From Alphaproteobacteria bacterium (GTDB lineage Bacteria; Pseudomonadota; Alphaproteobacteria; GCA-2746255), in contig OZ252220.1 of NCBI GenBank assembly GCA_965249135.1, forward strand, positions 1,664,001 to 1,728,000: a stretch of DNA of 64,000 nt, read 5' to 3'. Positions 61,106 to 64,000 of this stretch are shown piece after piece (the first letter of the stretch is position 1; each line of letters begins with the position of its first letter). Both the position numbers and the translations under genes were made by a program. The notes below the pieces were generated by a model that made no database searches, was not told the DNA's origin, and saw nothing but the letters and a program-made list of their open reading frames with translations.

Positions 61106-62277
61106 GAATGAGGGTCCCCGGCCAGCACCTCGCGGTAGACGTCCAGCGTCGCCTTGCACATGGCCACGCTCGAGTAATGCCGGACGATGTGCGCCCGTGC
61201 CTCGGCGGCCAAACGATTCCTCGCCATTGGTTCAAGCTCAAGGGCCCAGGCAAGCGCTTCGGCAAGCCGTTTCGAATCGCCCGGTGGCGTCAGCCAGCCC
61301 GTTTCGCCGGGCGACACCGTTTCCTGTGCGGCCCCATGGTCGGTCGCCAGCACCGGCCTTCCCATCGCCTGGGCCTCGGCGACGACGCGGCCGAAGGCCT
61401 CCGGGTCCGTCGAGGCGGAGACGACGACGTCTGCCAACATGTAAGCGGCCGGCATGTCCTTGCAGTGATCGGTGATCTTGATGATGTCGGAGAGACCGCG
61501 ATCCATGATCAATTTCTCAAGCCCCTTCCGGTAGCCGGCCCGGCCATGATCGGAGCCGGCGAGGCGACACTGAACGTCCTTCCGCCCAAGCGCGGCCAAT
61601 GCCTCGATGAGGACGCGCTGCCCCTTCCAACGCGTGAGCCTTCCCGGCAGCAGGATGACCGGCACATCGTCACGAAGCTGCCATTGGCGGGCAAGCTGGA
61701 TGATCCGCTCGGCGCTGACCCGGGCGGGATCGAAAACATCCAGCTTCACGCCGCGTGGGATGACGCGAAGCTTTCCCGGGTCCACGCCATAGATGCGGCG
61801 CATATGCTCGGCAATGAATTCGGAAATTGCGATGGCCCGTTCGCCCCTTGTCATGATGGCGTTGTAGTGGTGCTTCGCCCAATTGCCGGCCGAATAGGTG
61901 CCATGAAAGGTGGTCACGAAATGACAATGCGACCGCCTTGCCGCATAAAACGCACTCCAAGCGGGAGCCCGACTGCGTGCGTGCAGGATATCGATGCCAT
62001 GGGCTTCGACGAGGGCCGCCAGACGCTGGACGTTGCCATGCATGACAAGCGGGTTCTTGCTGCCGAGCGGCAGCGTGAAATGCGTAGCCCCTGCACGCTC
62101 GACTTCATGCCGCATGGGGCCGCCGGCGGAGGCGACGAGCGGCGTCCAACCGACATCGCGAAGGGCGGCGGCAATCTCGACGGTTCCGCGCTCGACCCCA
62201 CCGGCCATCAGTGCGGGCAAGACCTGCAGAACAACCGGGGCGCGCTTTTCCGTGCCTCCGGTCTTTGCATCCGACAT
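61102..62277 (-). CDS. GT4 glycosyltransferase (LPS core-like)
   Basis: GGVERGT, HARSRAPAW, GRLTRWKGQ, PEAFGRVVAEAQAMG. Confidence 0.92.
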   Translation of the reverse strand: MSDAKTGGTEKRAPVVLQVLPALMAGGVERGTVEIAAALRDVGWTPLVASAGGPMRHEVERAGATHFTLPLGSKNPLVMHGNVQRLAALVEAHGIDILHARSRAPAWSAFYAARRSHCHFVTTFHGTYSAGNWAKHHYNAIMTRGERAIAISEFIAEHMRRIYGVDPGKLRVIPRGVKLDVFDPARVSAERIIQLARQWQLRDDVPVILLPGRLTRWKGQRVLIEALAALGRKDVQCRLAGSDHGRAGYRKGLEKLIMDRGLSDIIKITDHCKDMPAAYMLADVVVSASTDPEAFGRVVAEAQAMGRPVLATDHGAAQETVSPGETGWLTPPGDSKRLAEALAWALELEPMARNRLAAEARAHIVRHYSSVAMCKATLDVYREVLAGDPHS

Positions 62278-62352
62278 GCGTTGGCTCCTTGACGGAAGGT
62301 CCAAGGGGGCTTCTTAATCTCCGGCGTTTGGACACAGGTTGAGAACGAAACG

Positions 62353-63123
62353 ATGCCGGCAACGACGGGACCGCAAACTTTACCACGCGAAGGCGGTGCG
62401 ACAATCGCCTATCATCGGCTATCGGGGAGAAACCCCGGCGTCGTTTTTCTTGGCGGGTTCGGTTCCGACATGACGGGAACGAAGGCGCTTGCCTTGGAAG
62501 CATTCTGCAAGGCCCATGGCCATGCTTACCTTCGCTTCGATTATCAAGGCCATGGGCAATCCTCCGGCGACTTCGTCGATGGGACGATCGGAAGCTGGAC
62601 GGAGGATGCGCTGGCCGTCCTTGACGCATGCACGGAAGGGCCCCAGGTGCTCGTCGGATCCAGCATGGGCGGCTGGATCATGCTGCTGGTGGCGCTCGCA
62701 CGGAAGGAAAGCGTGTGCGGGCTTCTTGGCGTGGCCTCCGCGCCGGATTTCACGGAGGGTCTGATCTGGGAAAAACTGGACGAGGCGCAAGGTGAAGCCC
62801 TGGCGCGCGACGGTTTTCTTGACGTGGCGAACGCCTATGCGGAAACGCCCACGCGTATCACGCTGAGGCTGATCGAGGAAGGAAGGGATCACCTGCTTCT
62901 TCGCCAGGCGATCCCCCTTCGCTGCCCGGTTCGGCTTTTACACGGCATGGAAGACCAGGATGTACCGTGGGAAACCTCGCTCAGGCTTTTGAACCGTCTT
63001 CAGTCGGAAGACGTCACGGCAACGTTTATCACGCATGGCGACCACCGCCTGTCGGAAGTGGGGGATATCCGGCGTCTCGAGCAAACGCTCGAGGGCTTGC
63101 TGGATTCACGCGTCCCGGGATGA
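62353..63123 (+). CDS. Alpha/beta hydrolase
   Basis: GFGSDMTGTKA, RFDYQGHG, GSSMGG, D.DVP, GDHRLS. Confidence 0.92.
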   Translation: MPATTGPQTLPREGGATIAYHRLSGRNPGVVFLGGFGSDMTGTKALALEAFCKAHGHAYLRFDYQGHGQSSGDFVDGTIGSWTEDALAVLDACTEGPQVLVGSSMGGWIMLLVALARKESVCGLLGVASAPDFTEGLIWEKLDEAQGEALARDGFLDVANAYAETPTRITLRLIEEGRDHLLLRQAIPLRCPVRLLHGMEDQDVPWETSLRLLNRLQSEDVTATFITHGDHRLSEVGDIRRLEQTLEGLLDSRVPG

Positions 63124-64000
63124 GGCAAGGATGGCGTTCAATCCGGTCTCGTAGTCCGTATAACGCAGCACGACGCCAAGTTCCTGTTTGATGCGATCGT
63201 TGCGTACGCGTTTGTTGTCTGCATAGAAACTTCGCGCCATTTCCGAAAGGTTTGCGTCTTCGAACGCGACGAAAGGCGGGGCAGGAACCCCAAGAAGGCT
63301 TGCCGCAAAGGTCACGACGTCTTCCGGTGGCGCCGGCTTGTCGTCGCAGACGTTGTAGATACGTGCTGGCTTCGGGGCCGCCATCGAGCAAAGAAGCGTC
63401 TCTGCAAGGTCTTCGACATGGATTCGCGAAAAGACCTGACCAGGCTTTCGAATACGCCTCGCGCGGCCTTCGCGAAGGGCGTTGAGGGCATTTCGTCCCG
63501 GCCCGTAGATACCGGCCAGGCGAAAGATGTGGACGGGCAAACCCTTCGATTCGCCAAGTTCAAGCCAAGCGCGTTCTGCTTCGACGCGAAGCTTACCTCG
63601 TAACCCCGTTGGATTGAGCGCGGAGTCTTCGTCCACCCAATCGCCGCCGCGATCCCCATAGACCCCGGTCGTCGACAGATAGCCAACCCAACGAAGGCTG
63701 GAAATACCGGCAATGTGCTCGGCGTGATGGCGGAGCACCGGATCGCCAAGACCATCCGGCGGCACGGAGGCAAGGAGGTGCGTCGTGCCGGCAAGGCGGT
63801 GCGTCGCGTCGTGAAGCGGGGCCTCTGAATCGAACGGGAAGGCATCGTAACCTGCGGCCTTAAGGCGCTCGCATTTCTCCGGCGTCCGTGCCGTGCCCCG
63901 GATCCGCCAGTCGCCTTCTTCAAGGCGTTTGACGAGCGCGCGTGCACTGTAGCCGAGGCCAAAGCAGAAAAAGCGCCCATGCTTTGGGCCGGGCGTTGCA
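63106..64000 (-). CDS. Atypical SDR / NAD-dependent epimerase family protein (start lies beyond the window)
   Basis: Frame is open to the window edge: FCFGLGYSA...SVPP...YLSTTGVYG...RLAGIYGPGR...FSRIHVED, YNVCDD. Confidence 0.9.
   Translation of the reverse strand, partial: ATPGPKHGRFFCFGLGYSARALVKRLEEGDWRIRGTARTPEKCERLKAAGYDAFPFDSEAPLHDATHRLAGTTHLLASVPPDGLGDPVLRHHAEHIAGISSLRWVGYLSTTGVYGDRGGDWVDEDSALNPTGLRGKLRVEAERAWLELGESKGLPVHIFRLAGIYGPGRNALNALREGRARRIRKPGQVFSRIHVEDLAETLLCSMAAPKPARIYNVCDDKPAPPEDVVTFAASLLGVPAPPFVAFEDANLSEMARSFYADNKRVRNDRIKQELGVVLRYTDYETGLNAILASSRDA

Overview
High-GC alphaproteobacterial chromosome segment, Rhodospirillales-like by gene order (inference). It is mostly core genome: an mch + Mcl2-like CoA ester lyase pair, asd, leuB-D-C, rplS-trmD-rimM-rpsP-ffh, dapF-mtaB-ftsY, a DUF2336 protein with a PleC/DivJ-type kinase, pgk-tkt, carD-fdxA, ggt, panBC, gpt, two tRNA-Arg genes, and thrS-infC-rpmI-rplT-pheS-pheT. 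That last run continues directly into a full seven-gene queuosine cluster (queG-queA-tgt-queF facing queC-queE-queD). One ~12 kb accessory surface-glycan locus (21.9-34.0 kb) has four SAM methyltransferase domains, two flippase-type proteins, a ligase/polymerase, glycosyltransferases and AsnB. No integrase, transposase, prophage or CRISPR array was seen. The most notable items are CtrA-consensus boxes and a 41-bp palindrome between tgt and queF, a CblC/QueG-like ferredoxin inserted between ffh and dapF, a single in-frame TGA in a glycan methyltransferase, apparent ATA starts for infC and leuB, and an 11-bp direct repeat flanking tRNA-Arg(CCT). All assignments come from reading motifs by eye; no database searches were run.
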